A stretch of 64,000 bases of DNA, taken from the NCBI GenBank assembly GCA_031414535.1, contig JANNVQ010000043.1, forward strand, positions 1 to 64,000. Reading direction: 5' to 3'. How positions within the stretch are numbered: position 1 is the first letter of the stretch; each line of letters begins with the position of its first letter. This stretch comes from Gemmatimonas sp. GTDB taxonomy: Bacteria; Gemmatimonadota; Gemmatimonadetes; Gemmatimonadales; Gemmatimonadaceae. The position numbers and the translations under genes were made by a program. A model generated the notes under the pieces. The model saw only the letters and a program-made list of their open reading frames with translations, ran no database searches and was not told where the DNA came from. Positions 10,217-19,608 of this stretch are shown here, one piece after another.

Positions 10217-10239
10217 ACATGGGCCCGGTCCGAGCCTTC

Positions 10240-11952
10240 TCAGCCCGTGGAATGTGGAAAGAGTGCTGTGATTCTTGATCCTCGGCCCACCTCGGAAGCA
10301 GCCTTTACGCGGCCGCCGTGGGCCTCCACGAGGTGCTTCACGATGGACAGGCCGAGGCCCGTGCCACCCTCTTCGCGGGCGCGGCCTGGATCTACTCTAT
10401 AGAAGCGCTCGAAGATGCGGGGCAGGTGCTCCGCAGATATCCCCACGCCAGTGTCGCGCACGCCCACGATGATTCCGCGATCCTGGAGCTCGGAAAAGAG
10501 CACAATGCTTCCGCTGGCCGTATGCCGGACGGCGTTGTCCACGAGATTGCCGAGCACCTGCCGTAGGGCGGTAGAGTCGGCGTACACGCTTGCGGCCTCG
10601 GCTGGGATTTCGGCGGCCAGTTGGAGGCCCTTTTTGTCGGCGGCGTCCCGGGCGGCGGCAAAGACGTCGGTCGCCACGCTACGGAGTTCAATGTTCTGGG
10701 GATTAGGCACCCAGCCGCCCGACTCAATGCGCGAGAGGTCGAGCAGGTCATCCACAATGCGCTGCATCCGGCGGGTATTCCCGAGAATGCGCTCGGCAAA
10801 GCCGCGTCGGGCATCCGTCGGCACGTCCTCTTCCACGAGGGTTTCCGCGAAGCCGCCAATGATCGTGAGCGGCGTCCGCAATTCGTGCGAGACGTTTGCC
10901 ACGAAGTCTCGGCGCACGGCCTCGAGCCGGCGCACACGCGTGAGGTCGAACAACGCGAGCACCGCGCCGCCTCCGCTGAGAGGGCGTGCGGCGATGTTGA
11001 GCGTGCGGCCCGCGATGACGAGCTCGGCGCCTTCTGTGGTCTCGCCCGTATAGGCGTCTTGAAGGGCATCGCGCAGGGCGACGTCACGCGGCAAGTCATC
11101 GACCGGGAACGGCAGAGGTGCCCGCGTCCCGAGTAGGCGCCGCGCCGTCTCATTGATGCGCACCACCATCCGTTCTGCGTCCACCGCAATGACGCCTTCG
11201 TTCAACGACTCGGTGAGCTGAACGAGAAGTGTTTCATCCTCCTCCAAGGCTCGGAGGCGAGCCGTGAGCTGCTCTGCCAACTTCTTCAGTGCCACCGCCA
11301 GCTCGCCTACTTCGCCCGGAGCCTTTAGCGTGGGGCGCCGTGCCAAATCTCCGTCGGCGAGGGCCTGCGCCACATCGCGCAATTCCTCGACGGGGCGCGA
11401 GACGGAGCGAGAGAACAGAAAGGCGATGGCAAGCGCCGCCGCGAGTGCGAGTAGCGAGGCGCCGAAGATATCTTCGCGAGCTTCCGACGTCACCTGATCG
11501 ATGCTTGCCGTGGGAAGTGACACGCGCGCAACGCCCAGAGGCTCCACGCGCACCGCGACGTAGAGCTCTTGGTCGCCGGTGGAAGGAGAGGGCCGCCGAG
11601 AATTACCTACGCCTCCCGCGATCGCGTCCGCCACTTCTGGGCGCGAAAGGTGGTTCTGCAGCGCCTGAAGCGCGCCGTCATCAAACTCCGAGTCTCCAAC
11701 GACGACGCCTTCGCTGTTGACGAAGGTGACACGACGCCCGAGGGCCTCACCAATGGCGTCGGATACCGAATCGGGATTAGTGCTGTGCGAGCGCCAGAGA
11801 ACCCCGGCGAGTTTCGCTTCGCGCTCCAGAAAGACGGCGGCATCGTCGCGCAGGCGCGCCGCCAGTTGCCGGTCCACGATGGTGATGATGAGGACGGCGA
11901 GAAACCCGACGACGATGAAGGCGCCGAGAAGAAGGCGCTGCGTGAGCCTCAA
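10240..11952 (-). CDS. phoR: PhoR-type sensor histidine kinase (HAMP-PAS-HisKA-HATPase)
   Basis: RRDFVANVSHELRTPLT, RIFERFYRVD and GGTGLGLSIVKH. Confidence 0.88.
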   Translation of the reverse strand: MRLTQRLLLGAFIVVGFLAVLIITIVDRQLAARLRDDAAVFLEREAKLAGVLWRSHSTNPDSVSDAIGEALGRRVTFVNSEGVVVGDSEFDDGALQALQNHLSRPEVADAIAGGVGNSRRPSPSTGDQELYVAVRVEPLGVARVSLPTASIDQVTSEAREDIFGASLLALAAALAIAFLFSRSVSRPVEELRDVAQALADGDLARRPTLKAPGEVGELAVALKKLAEQLTARLRALEEDETLLVQLTESLNEGVIAVDAERMVVRINETARRLLGTRAPLPFPVDDLPRDVALRDALQDAYTGETTEGAELVIAGRTLNIAARPLSGGGAVLALFDLTRVRRLEAVRRDFVANVSHELRTPLTIIGGFAETLVEEDVPTDARRGFAERILGNTRRMQRIVDDLLDLSRIESGGWVPNPQNIELRSVATDVFAAARDAADKKGLQLAAEIPAEAASVYADSTALRQVLGNLVDNAVRHTASGSIVLFSELQDRGIIVGVRDTGVGISAEHLPRIFERFYRVDPGRAREEGGTGLGLSIVKHLVEAHGGRVKAASEVGRGSRITALFPHSTG

Positions 11953-12659
11953 CTTTCCTTGCCGCTCTTGATGCGATACCCGAAACCGCGCACCGTCTCG
12001 ATCAAGTCGCCGGCTGGGTGCAGTTTGGTGCGCAGGCGCTGGATGTGCATGTCCACGGTTCGCGTTTGGATGTCCGGCGCAGCGTCCCAGACAGTTTCCA
12101 ACAAGTGCGAGCGCGCCTGCACACGTCCGCGCCGCTCGGCGAGCGTAAGCAAGAGCTTGTACTCCGTGGGCGTGAGTTCCACCTCGCTTTCATTCACCAG
12201 CACGCGGTGCGCGGAGCGGTCCACGCGGATTGGGCCAATCTGCAACAAGTCCGCGGGCTCGGCGCTGCCGGCCAAGCGGCGCAGAATTGCTCCCACGCGC
12301 AGCACCATCTCCTGCGGCGAGAATGGCTTGGTGAGATAGTCGTCGGCGCCGAGTTCGAGGCCGCGAATGCGGTCGGGCTCTTCCTTTCGCGCGGTCAGCA
12401 TGAGCACCGCGACCGAGGCCGTGTTGGCGTCATCGCGGAGCTTCGCGAGCACATCGAAGCCGGACATGCCGGGCAACATCAAGTCGAGCACAATGAGCGA
12501 GGGTCGGTCGCGGCGCGCCATGGCGAGGGCGTCAGGTCCGGTGCTTGCCGAGGAGACTTTGTATCCCGCCTTTGCGAGGTGATAGACGACCAGCGCAACA
12601 ATGTCCGGTTCGTCGTCTACCACGAGGATGCGTTCGCCGGCGGCAGCGGTTACGGTCAC
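11949..12659 (-). CDS. phoB: PhoB/OmpR family response regulator
   Basis: VVDDE, DLMLPG, GADDYLTKPF, RTVDMHIQRLR and ETVRGFGY; coupled to phoR. Confidence 0.85.
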   Translation of the reverse strand: MTVTAAAGERILVVDDEPDIVALVVYHLAKAGYKVSSASTGPDALAMARRDRPSLIVLDLMLPGMSGFDVLAKLRDDANTASVAVLMLTARKEEPDRIRGLELGADDYLTKPFSPQEMVLRVGAILRRLAGSAEPADLLQIGPIRVDRSAHRVLVNESEVELTPTEYKLLLTLAERRGRVQARSHLLETVWDAAPDIQTRTVDMHIQRLRTKLHPAGDLIETVRGFGYRIKSGKES

Positions 12660-13282
12660 GCGTGTACTCCGGAGAGGCGACGGTTGATGGTCGCGGTCAG
12701 GAGGTCAATGGCCACCAGATTCTCCCCGCCCCGGGGAATGATGAGGTCGGCGTAACGTTTGCTTGGTTCGACGAACTGTAAATGCATCGGTTGGACAGTC
12801 GTGAGGTACTGATCGAGGATTTCCTCGAGGGGACGACCGCGTTTCGCCATGTCGCGCCGGATGCGGCGCACCAGGCGAATGTCCGCGTCGGTGTCTACAA
12901 AAACTTTGATGTCGAGCCTCGCTCGGATACGCTCCTCGACGAGCAGCAGGATGCCATCCACGACGATGACGTCGGCAGGTTCCACCCGCTGCGTCTCGGG
13001 CGCCCGCCTGTGTCGGACAAAATCGTACACCGGCTTCTCGATGCCATACCCGTTCCCAAGTTGAGCCAACTGCTCGGCGAGATGGTCGAGGTCGAAAGCA
13101 TCCGGATGATCCCAATTGAGCAGGCGCAGTTCATCGTGCGCCATCTCGTGATGATCGCGGTAGTACGCGTCCATATCCAGAAACGCGACCTTGGCGCCGT
13201 CAATGTTCTCGGCGACGCGCTTGGCCACGGTGGTCTTGCCGGATCCAGAGCCTCCGGCAACGCCAATGATTAGCGGTCGCAT
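12656..13282 (-). CDS. udk: Uridine kinase
   Basis: IGVAGGSGSGKTT, NWDHPDAFD, RRIRRD and FVEPSKRYAD. Confidence 0.93.
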   Translation of the reverse strand: MRPLIIGVAGGSGSGKTTVAKRVAENIDGAKVAFLDMDAYYRDHHEMAHDELRLLNWDHPDAFDLDHLAEQLAQLGNGYGIEKPVYDFVRHRRAPETQRVEPADVIVVDGILLLVEERIRARLDIKVFVDTDADIRLVRRIRRDMAKRGRPLEEILDQYLTTVQPMHLQFVEPSKRYADLIIPRGGENLVAIDLLTATINRRLSGVHA

Positions 13283-13352
13283 GGCTTCGTTGGGCCGGTG
13301 TGGTTCACACGGGGAATCTGACCGAGGCAGGCGGAGGGGAGTAGCGGAATGG

Positions 13353-13370
13353 CTGTCACAGTCCTGTACC
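13353..13370 (+). promoter_or_regulatory. Pho box CTGTCAC-AGTC-CTGTACC
   Basis: Two 7-mers 11 bp apart matching the PhoB consensus, upstream of the nucleotidase operon. Confidence 0.65.
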
Positions 13371-13455
13371 GGGGGTGGGATACCGTGAAAGTTCCCACAC
13401 CCACTGCGCGCGCGGAAGGCCTCCAAGGGGGGCTGGGACAAGGCTATTTTTGAGG

Positions 13456-16400
13456 ATGCGTCACTCATTGGGATTCGACCGCCGTACGCTCGCGGCGCTG
13501 CTTCTCGCCTCGCCCCTCTTTTTCGGCCAATTGGCCGCTCAGGAGCGGGTGACGTTGAAGGTGGCTGCGACGACGGACGTGCATGGGCGGCTCCGGGGCT
13601 GGGATTACGGGAGCGGCCGAGTGGATTCTACTCGCGGACTCACACGGGCTGCGTCCATCATCGATTCGCTGCGTCGCTCGGCCCGAAACCGCGTCATTCT
13701 CGTTGACGCCGGCGATCTGTTGCAGGGCAACGCGATGACCTTTGTGGCGGGCCGCGTGGACTCGATGGCGCCCCATCCCGTGATTACTGCGATGAACCTG
13801 ATGCGCTACGACGCGGCCGCGGTAGGTAATCACGAGTTCAATTACGGGCTGGGTCTGTTTGACCGAGCCGTAGCACAGGCCCGCTTTCCCTTCCTGGCCG
13901 CCAACACTCGGCGGCTCGATGGAGGACGCCAGTATCCTGGTCGCACCATGGTGACGCGCGCCGGAGTGAAGGTGGCCATCATCGGCGCGACGACGCCGGG
14001 CTCCATGGTGTGGGACCGCGACAATCTCCGCGGCCGACTGGCCGTGGACGACATCGTCGCGGCCTTGCCGGCCCAAGTGCGAGCCGCGCGGGCCGAGGGC
14101 GCTGATGTGGTGATTGTGGTGGCGCATGCAGGGTTGAACGAACTCACATCCTACGACACCTCGGCGACCGGCCTCGCGAGCGAGAATCCGATGGAGCGGG
14201 TGGCCAAGGAAGTCCCTGGGATTGATGCCATTGTGATTGGCCATTCGCACCGCGAGATGACCGACACCACGGTGAATGGCGTGCTGCTGGTGCAGCCGAA
14301 GAACTGGGCCACCAGCGTGGCTGTCGCGACGCTGGAGTTGGAGCGACGCAATGGTCGCTGGACGCTCGTAAGCAAGCGTGGCGAGACGGTGCAAGCCGCG
14401 GGCTGGCCGGAGCAGCGGGCAGTGGTCCGGGCGGTGGAGCGCGCGCACCAAGGCGCCATGCGGTACGCGACCAGTGCAGTGGGTCGCACGAGCCTCGCTT
14501 GGACCAGCGACTCCTCGCGGATGGTGGATCGCCCGCTCACGGACTTGATCCAAGCCGTGCAGCGCAAGGAATCCGGCGCCGAGTTGAGCATTGCATCGGT
14601 GTTCTCCACCACCGCGCGATTCGAGGCCGGGACGATCACCGTTGAGCGCTTGGTGGACCTCTACCCGTACGAGAATACGCTGCGCGCGCTGCGCTTGAGC
14701 GGGAAGCAGATTCGGGCCTTTCTTGAGTACACGCAACGCTACTGGGTGGTGGAGCGCGGCCCCGATGCGCAACTGCGCGTGCGCAACGATCCCGCCATCC
14801 CCGGCTACAACTACGACGTGCTGGCGGGCCTCGACTACACCGTGGACCTCGGTCGTCCGATGGGCCAGCGTATCACGCGTCTCGAGCGGAATGGTCGCCC
14901 CGTTGCCGACACCGACAGCTTCACGGTGGCGTTGAATTCGTATCGGGCATCCGGTGGCGGAGGCTACGATATGCTGCGTGGCGCACCGGTGGTGTACGAG
15001 GGCGGACGCGAAATCCGCGAGCTTATCATCGAGGAGATCAAGCGTCGCGGCAGCATCGAGCCGTCCGATGTGTTCGTGAAAAACTGGGAGATGCTGCCCC
15101 CGCGAAACTTGATTCGCATCATCGCGATGAACGACATGCATGGCGCGTTCCGTCCGCGGCCGGATGGCGGGCAGGGCAATCGTGGCGGCTTCGCCGAAAT
15201 CGCGAGTATGGTGCGTGTGGCACGGCAGGAGTGCCAGCCGATGTGTGTATCGCAGCTTCTGCTGAGCGGTGGCGATCTGTTCACCGGGACACCGGCCGCC
15301 GATCTGACCACAGGCGCGGCGGTGGTGCCCGTGCTGAATGCCATGATGTTTGCGGCACACGCGCTCGGGAATCACGAGTTCGACTACGGCCAAGACACGC
15401 TGCGTGCGCGTATGAAGCAGCTCACCGCCCCGGTGCTCGGCGCAAATGTCACCTACGCCGACGGGCGCGATGTAGAGTGGATTCCAAACGATACGGTCCT
15501 GCGCACGGGGGCAGGACTCGTTGGCATCATCGGCATCGCCGATCCGGCGACCCCACGCACGACGATGCCGCGTCACGTGGCCGACCTTCGCTTTGTGGAT
15601 CCGGCACCGGTGATTCGCGAGCGCGCGGCTTCACTGCGGGCCCGCGGCGCCACGACGGTGATTGTAGTGGCGCACTTGGGCGGCTTCTGCAACATTGATA
15701 ATCCGGACGACTGCCGCGGTGAGATCTTCGACCTCGCGCGCGAGCTTGGCCCGGGCGTCGTCGGCGCCATCGTCAGCGGGCACACGCATTCGGCGGTCAA
15801 CACTATCGTCGCGGGCATCCCGATCGTGCAGGGTCGTTCGTCCACGCGCGCGCTTGGCGTGATTGACATTGATCCGCTGGAGCGCTCGCAGACGCGGCGT
15901 CCGGAAGTGCGCCCCGTGGTCTCAGACGTCACGCCGCGCGACTCGACGGTGGAGCGGCTTGTGGCTGCCGCGGTGGCCTTCGTGGCGCCGCGCGTCAGTG
16001 AGGTGATCACCACCAACGAGTCACGACTCGCGCGTCAGGGCGATCAGCACGCGTTGGGCAATCTCATCGCCGACGCACAGCGCGCTGCGGGCAAGGGCGA
16101 CGTCGGCGTGATGAACAACGGCGGCATTCGGGCCGAACTGCGCGCAGGCTCAGTTACCTACGGAGATTTGCACGAGATTGCGCCGTTTGCGAATCGCCTC
16201 GTGGCCGTTACGGTCAGAGGCGATGCCTTACGGCGATACTTCGAGCAGTTGGTCGGTGGTAATCGGCTAAACGTGCACCTGAGTGGTGTCACGCTGGAGT
16301 ACGATCCAGCGGCGCCCACGGGCTCGCGTTTGCGCCGTATCACAATGTCCGATGGCCGTCCACTCGCGGACCGCCAAACTTACAAAGTCATCATGTCCGA

Positions 16401-16569
16401 CTTCATTGCCAGCGGTGGTGATGGGGTGGGACTCAGCGGGAGTAGGCCTCCCGAGGAGCTAGGAGTGGTAGATCTCGACGCGCTCATCGCGCATCTGCGC
16501 GCTGTTCCCGGCGGTCGTCTCGTCATGTCCAATGCGCTCAGCGCGGTACGCATTCGGAGCACGCGATGA
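13456..16569 (+). CDS. Secreted two-module 2',3'-cyclic phosphodiesterase/3'-nucleotidase plus 5'-nucleotidase (CpdB/UshA tandem, YfkN-like)
   Basis: Signal peptide; two sets of DxH, GD, GNHEF and GHxH motifs, each followed by a 5'-nucleotidase C domain. Confidence 0.88.
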   Translation: MRHSLGFDRRTLAALLLASPLFFGQLAAQERVTLKVAATTDVHGRLRGWDYGSGRVDSTRGLTRAASIIDSLRRSARNRVILVDAGDLLQGNAMTFVAGRVDSMAPHPVITAMNLMRYDAAAVGNHEFNYGLGLFDRAVAQARFPFLAANTRRLDGGRQYPGRTMVTRAGVKVAIIGATTPGSMVWDRDNLRGRLAVDDIVAALPAQVRAARAEGADVVIVVAHAGLNELTSYDTSATGLASENPMERVAKEVPGIDAIVIGHSHREMTDTTVNGVLLVQPKNWATSVAVATLELERRNGRWTLVSKRGETVQAAGWPEQRAVVRAVERAHQGAMRYATSAVGRTSLAWTSDSSRMVDRPLTDLIQAVQRKESGAELSIASVFSTTARFEAGTITVERLVDLYPYENTLRALRLSGKQIRAFLEYTQRYWVVERGPDAQLRVRNDPAIPGYNYDVLAGLDYTVDLGRPMGQRITRLERNGRPVADTDSFTVALNSYRASGGGGYDMLRGAPVVYEGGREIRELIIEEIKRRGSIEPSDVFVKNWEMLPPRNLIRIIAMNDMHGAFRPRPDGGQGNRGGFAEIASMVRVARQECQPMCVSQLLLSGGDLFTGTPAADLTTGAAVVPVLNAMMFAAHALGNHEFDYGQDTLRARMKQLTAPVLGANVTYADGRDVEWIPNDTVLRTGAGLVGIIGIADPATPRTTMPRHVADLRFVDPAPVIRERAASLRARGATTVIVVAHLGGFCNIDNPDDCRGEIFDLARELGPGVVGAIVSGHTHSAVNTIVAGIPIVQGRSSTRALGVIDIDPLERSQTRRPEVRPVVSDVTPRDSTVERLVAAAVAFVAPRVSEVITTNESRLARQGDQHALGNLIADAQRAAGKGDVGVMNNGGIRAELRAGSVTYGDLHEIAPFANRLVAVTVRGDALRRYFEQLVGGNRLNVHLSGVTLEYDPAAPTGSRLRRITMSDGRPLADRQTYKVIMSDFIASGGDGVGLSGSRPPEELGVVDLDALIAHLRAVPGGRLVMSNALSAVRIRSTR

Positions 16570-16802
16570 GCGAGCCGCTTCGAGTATTCGTGAACGGAAA
16601 GGGTATCGCCGTCCCGCAGGGAAGCACCGTGCTTGACGCCATCGCGGCGGCGGATGCTTCCGCCGCTGATGAAGTACGCAATGGCACCCGCGGGGTGGTG
16701 GACAGCCGCGGTGTTGGCGTTGCCAGCGACACGCCGCTCACGGGCGGATACGTGATGCGCATCGTGAGTGCGCGCGCGGCCCGCGAGGGTGAGGACGCGT
16801 GA
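16566..16802 (+). CDS. Small beta-grasp-like protein, function unknown
   Basis: RVFVNGK...GSTVLDAI resembles ferredoxin/ThiS N-termini, but it has no Cys and no C-terminal GG; 4-bp overlaps on both sides. Confidence 0.7.
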   Translation: MSEPLRVFVNGKGIAVPQGSTVLDAIAAADASAADEVRNGTRGVVDSRGVGVASDTPLTGGYVMRIVSARAAREGEDA

Positions 16803-17842
16803 CCCTCCTAACGAGCGCACTGCTCACCAAGCTCCCTAAAGCCGAGTTGCATTGCCATCTGGATGGATCGGTACGTCCGGAGACGATGCTCGCATTGGCA
16901 CGGGACCAGCGTGTGGTGATGCCGGAAGATGACGCAGAGGCCCTCCGCGACTACATGCGTGTGGATGATGCACGAAATCTCGAAGACTATCTCGCGCGTT
17001 TCGGTCACACGCTGAGCGTGATGCAGACGGAAGAGGCGATGGAGCGCATCGCCTACGAACTCGCTGAAGACTGCGCGAAGGAAGGCGTGCGCTACTTGGA
17101 GACGCGCTATGCGCCCGTGTTGAATGTCGAAGGGGGACTCACGCTCGCGCAGGCAGTGGAAGCGCCGCTGCGTGGGCTCGCTCGAGCCGAACGTGAGTAC
17201 GGCATCACCGCGCGCGTGATTGTCTGCGGCATCCGGAACATGTCGCCGGAGGTTTCGCTACAACTCGCGCGTCTCGCGGTGGACTTTAAGGGTCGCGGAG
17301 TCGTGGGCTTCGACCTTGCGGGCGGCGAGGCGGGCAACCCCGCATCGCGACACAAGGCGGCCTTCGATCACGCCTTCGCAAACGGATTGCCGTGCACTTG
17401 CCACGCTGGCGAGGGCGATGGGGCATCGTCCGTCGCCGATGCAATCCACAATTGCCACGCCCATCGGATTGGCCACGGCACGCGGCTTATCGAAGACGCC
17501 GCACTGATGGCCGAGGCCAAGGAGAAGGGCATCGCCATCGAGTGTTGCTTGACCAGCAATGTGCAGACGCATGCAGTGGCGTCACTGGAGTTGCACCCGC
17601 TACGCAAGTATGTGGAGGCGGGCCTCAAGGTCTCGCTGAACACGGACAATCGCTTGATGAGTGGCACCGATCTCGTCACCGAGTACGGGCTGGCCGCCAA
17701 ACATTTGGATTTTACCTTCGACGAACTCTGCCGCCTCGCGCGGGGCGGGTTTGAGAACGCGTTTCTCCCTGAGGTCGAGCGCGCCGCGTTGCTGGTGAGT
17801 GTAGACGCCGAGATTGACTCCCTGCGTAGGAGCGTACAGTGA
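16799..17842 (+). CDS. add: Adenosine deaminase
   Basis: PKAELHCHLDGS, HAGE, RIGHG and NTDN. Confidence 0.93.
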   Translation: MTLLTSALLTKLPKAELHCHLDGSVRPETMLALARDQRVVMPEDDAEALRDYMRVDDARNLEDYLARFGHTLSVMQTEEAMERIAYELAEDCAKEGVRYLETRYAPVLNVEGGLTLAQAVEAPLRGLARAEREYGITARVIVCGIRNMSPEVSLQLARLAVDFKGRGVVGFDLAGGEAGNPASRHKAAFDHAFANGLPCTCHAGEGDGASSVADAIHNCHAHRIGHGTRLIEDAALMAEAKEKGIAIECCLTSNVQTHAVASLELHPLRKYVEAGLKVSLNTDNRLMSGTDLVTEYGLAAKHLDFTFDELCRLARGGFENAFLPEVERAALLVSVDAEIDSLRRSVQ

Positions 17843-18675
17843 GCAGCAACCTAGAAGGTCACGGTGCCATGGCCGCGAAGGCCGCCGCCGATTCAGTGCG
17901 CACTCGGCTCGGCGTGAAGTCGCCCGTGGCGGCCATCGTCCTGGGTTCTGGACTTGGCGGCCTTGCAGATCGCGTGAAGGACGCGAAGCGCGTTCCCTAC
18001 GGCGAGATTCCCGGCTTTCACGCGCCGGGAGTGGAAGGGCATCGCGGCGAGCTCATCTGTGGAACGCTGGCTGGCCGCGAAGTGCTGTTGCTGGCGGGGC
18101 GTTTTCATATGTATGAAGGCCACAGCGCGCAGGTAGCAGCCTTCCCCGTGCGCGTGGTGCAGGCACTTGGAGCGCGCGTGCTGTTCGTGTCCAATGCAGC
18201 GGGAGGCATTAACCGAGCCTTCCCGCCGGGCACGCTGATGATCATTCGCGATCACATCAATTTTCAGTTCCGGAATCCGCTTGAGGGAAAGTTGCAACCC
18301 GGAGACATCCGATTCCCGGATATGAGCGCGCCCTATTCACCGCGTTTGCAGGACTTGCTGGAATCCGCTGCTCAGGAAGGCGGATTGCGCTTGCCGCGCG
18401 GCGTTTACGCCGGCCTTCTTGGCCCCACATACGAGACGCCAGCAGAAGTCCGCATGCTCGCCACGCTCGGAGCGGATGCCGTTGGCATGAGCACGGTGCC
18501 CGAGACCATCGCTGCGCGCGCGATGGGCATGGAAGTCGCCGGCGTCTCGTGCATCACCAACCCAGCCGCCGGCATCAGCGACGCGCCGCTCAATCACGCC
18601 GAGGTTATGGAAGAGGGGCTTAAGGCTGGGGATGCGTTCTGTGGACTCGTGGAGCGCTGGGTGGGGAAGCTTTAA
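17839..18675 (+). CDS. punA: Purine nucleoside phosphorylase (trimeric type)
   Basis: VLGSGLG, GRFHMYEG, SNAAGG, GPTYETPAE and GADAVGMSTVPE. Confidence 0.92.
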   Translation: MSSNLEGHGAMAAKAAADSVRTRLGVKSPVAAIVLGSGLGGLADRVKDAKRVPYGEIPGFHAPGVEGHRGELICGTLAGREVLLLAGRFHMYEGHSAQVAAFPVRVVQALGARVLFVSNAAGGINRAFPPGTLMIIRDHINFQFRNPLEGKLQPGDIRFPDMSAPYSPRLQDLLESAAQEGGLRLPRGVYAGLLGPTYETPAEVRMLATLGADAVGMSTVPETIAARAMGMEVAGVSCITNPAAGISDAPLNHAEVMEEGLKAGDAFCGLVERWVGKL

Positions 18676-18683
18676 CGGCTGTG

Positions 18684-18803
18684 CACCACGAGGGCACGAA
18701 GGGAGCCGAGGCGATTTGACGGCCCCGCAATCCCAAGAAGCATTGCTTCTTTCAGGGGTGCGGGGCCGTGAGTTTGCAGGGAACCCTTCGTGCCTTCGTG
18801 GTG
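18684..18803. repeat. 120-bp REP/MITE-like palindromic element
   Basis: 20-bp terminal inverted repeats CACCACGA(G/A)GGCACGAAGGG with one mismatch, plus an inner stem ACGGCCCCGCA/TGCGGGGCCGT; lies between convergent genes. Confidence 0.75.
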
Positions 18804-18810
18804 AAAGCAG

Positions 18811-19608
18811 TTAAGGCTGGCGCGGAGAAGGCGGTAGCGCCTTCAGGCGGCGCTTGAACGCCTGGAAGGCCGGCGTGTCCCGCGTGAGCCCAACCAGCTG
18901 CTCCGGCGGGTACTTCGCAATCAGAGCCCGCCCGTTCGCGATGCGCGATTCCTCGAGCGGGTGAGAACGGAACCAGGTATCAAGGCCTTCAGGCTTCCGC
19001 GCACGCTCGTCGAGCAGGATCTGGAACATCTCTGGCACACCGGTCGGATCGATGCGCGCGCGTACCATGTAGCTAACGGCCACATCGTCGGCTTCGTCCT
19101 CATCTGCGCGCGAGAAGCTCGCCATCGCTGCGCCCGCGCCGAGCTGAATCGCCGCCGAACCGGTCTGGCTCGCGCAGATACTCGGCACAAAGATGCAAAG
19201 CCCGAGCAAGCCCACGTTCGTGCGTTGGGACTTCACCATTTGGTCCACGGAATGCCGCTGCGTCACGTGGCCGATCTCATGCCCCAGCACGCCGGCTACC
19301 TGCGAGAGGCTCGTGGCCCGCTCGATGAGGCCGCGATTCATGTAGATAAAGCCGCCCGGTACCGCGAAGGCGTTCACGTCGGGGCTGTCCACGATGTAGA
19401 AGGACCAGTCCAAATTCCGTGTGTCGGCGATGCGGGCAATCGAGTCGCCGAGTACGTTCATGTAGCGGTTGAGCTCCGCGTCCTGTACGAGCGGCAGCTG
19501 CCGGTTGATTTCAGCACTGTAGCCGGCGCCCATCTCGACTTCCTGCTGAGTCGACATGGCGCATCCGGAGCTAATAGCCACAAGGGCGAGGGCGGCGAGA
19601 AAACGCAT
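18811..19608 (-). CDS. M48 family zinc metallopeptidase lipoprotein
   Basis: SSGC lipobox, VNAFAVPGG, HEIGH, EDEAD and SHP. Confidence 0.88.
   Translation of the reverse strand: MRFLAALALVAISSGCAMSTQQEVEMGAGYSAEINRQLPLVQDAELNRYMNVLGDSIARIADTRNLDWSFYIVDSPDVNAFAVPGGFIYMNRGLIERATSLSQVAGVLGHEIGHVTQRHSVDQMVKSQRTNVGLLGLCIFVPSICASQTGSAAIQLGAGAAMASFSRADEDEADDVAVSYMVRARIDPTGVPEMFQILLDERARKPEGLDTWFRSHPLEESRIANGRALIAKYPPEQLVGLTRDTPAFQAFKRRLKALPPSPRQP

Noticed and set aside
13465..15576. 703-aa minus-strand ORF, and similar long antisense ORFs (29793-30980, 57949-59586, 57266-58447)
   Set aside because: These are shadows of well-supported opposite-strand genes in GC-rich DNA and contain no recognisable motifs
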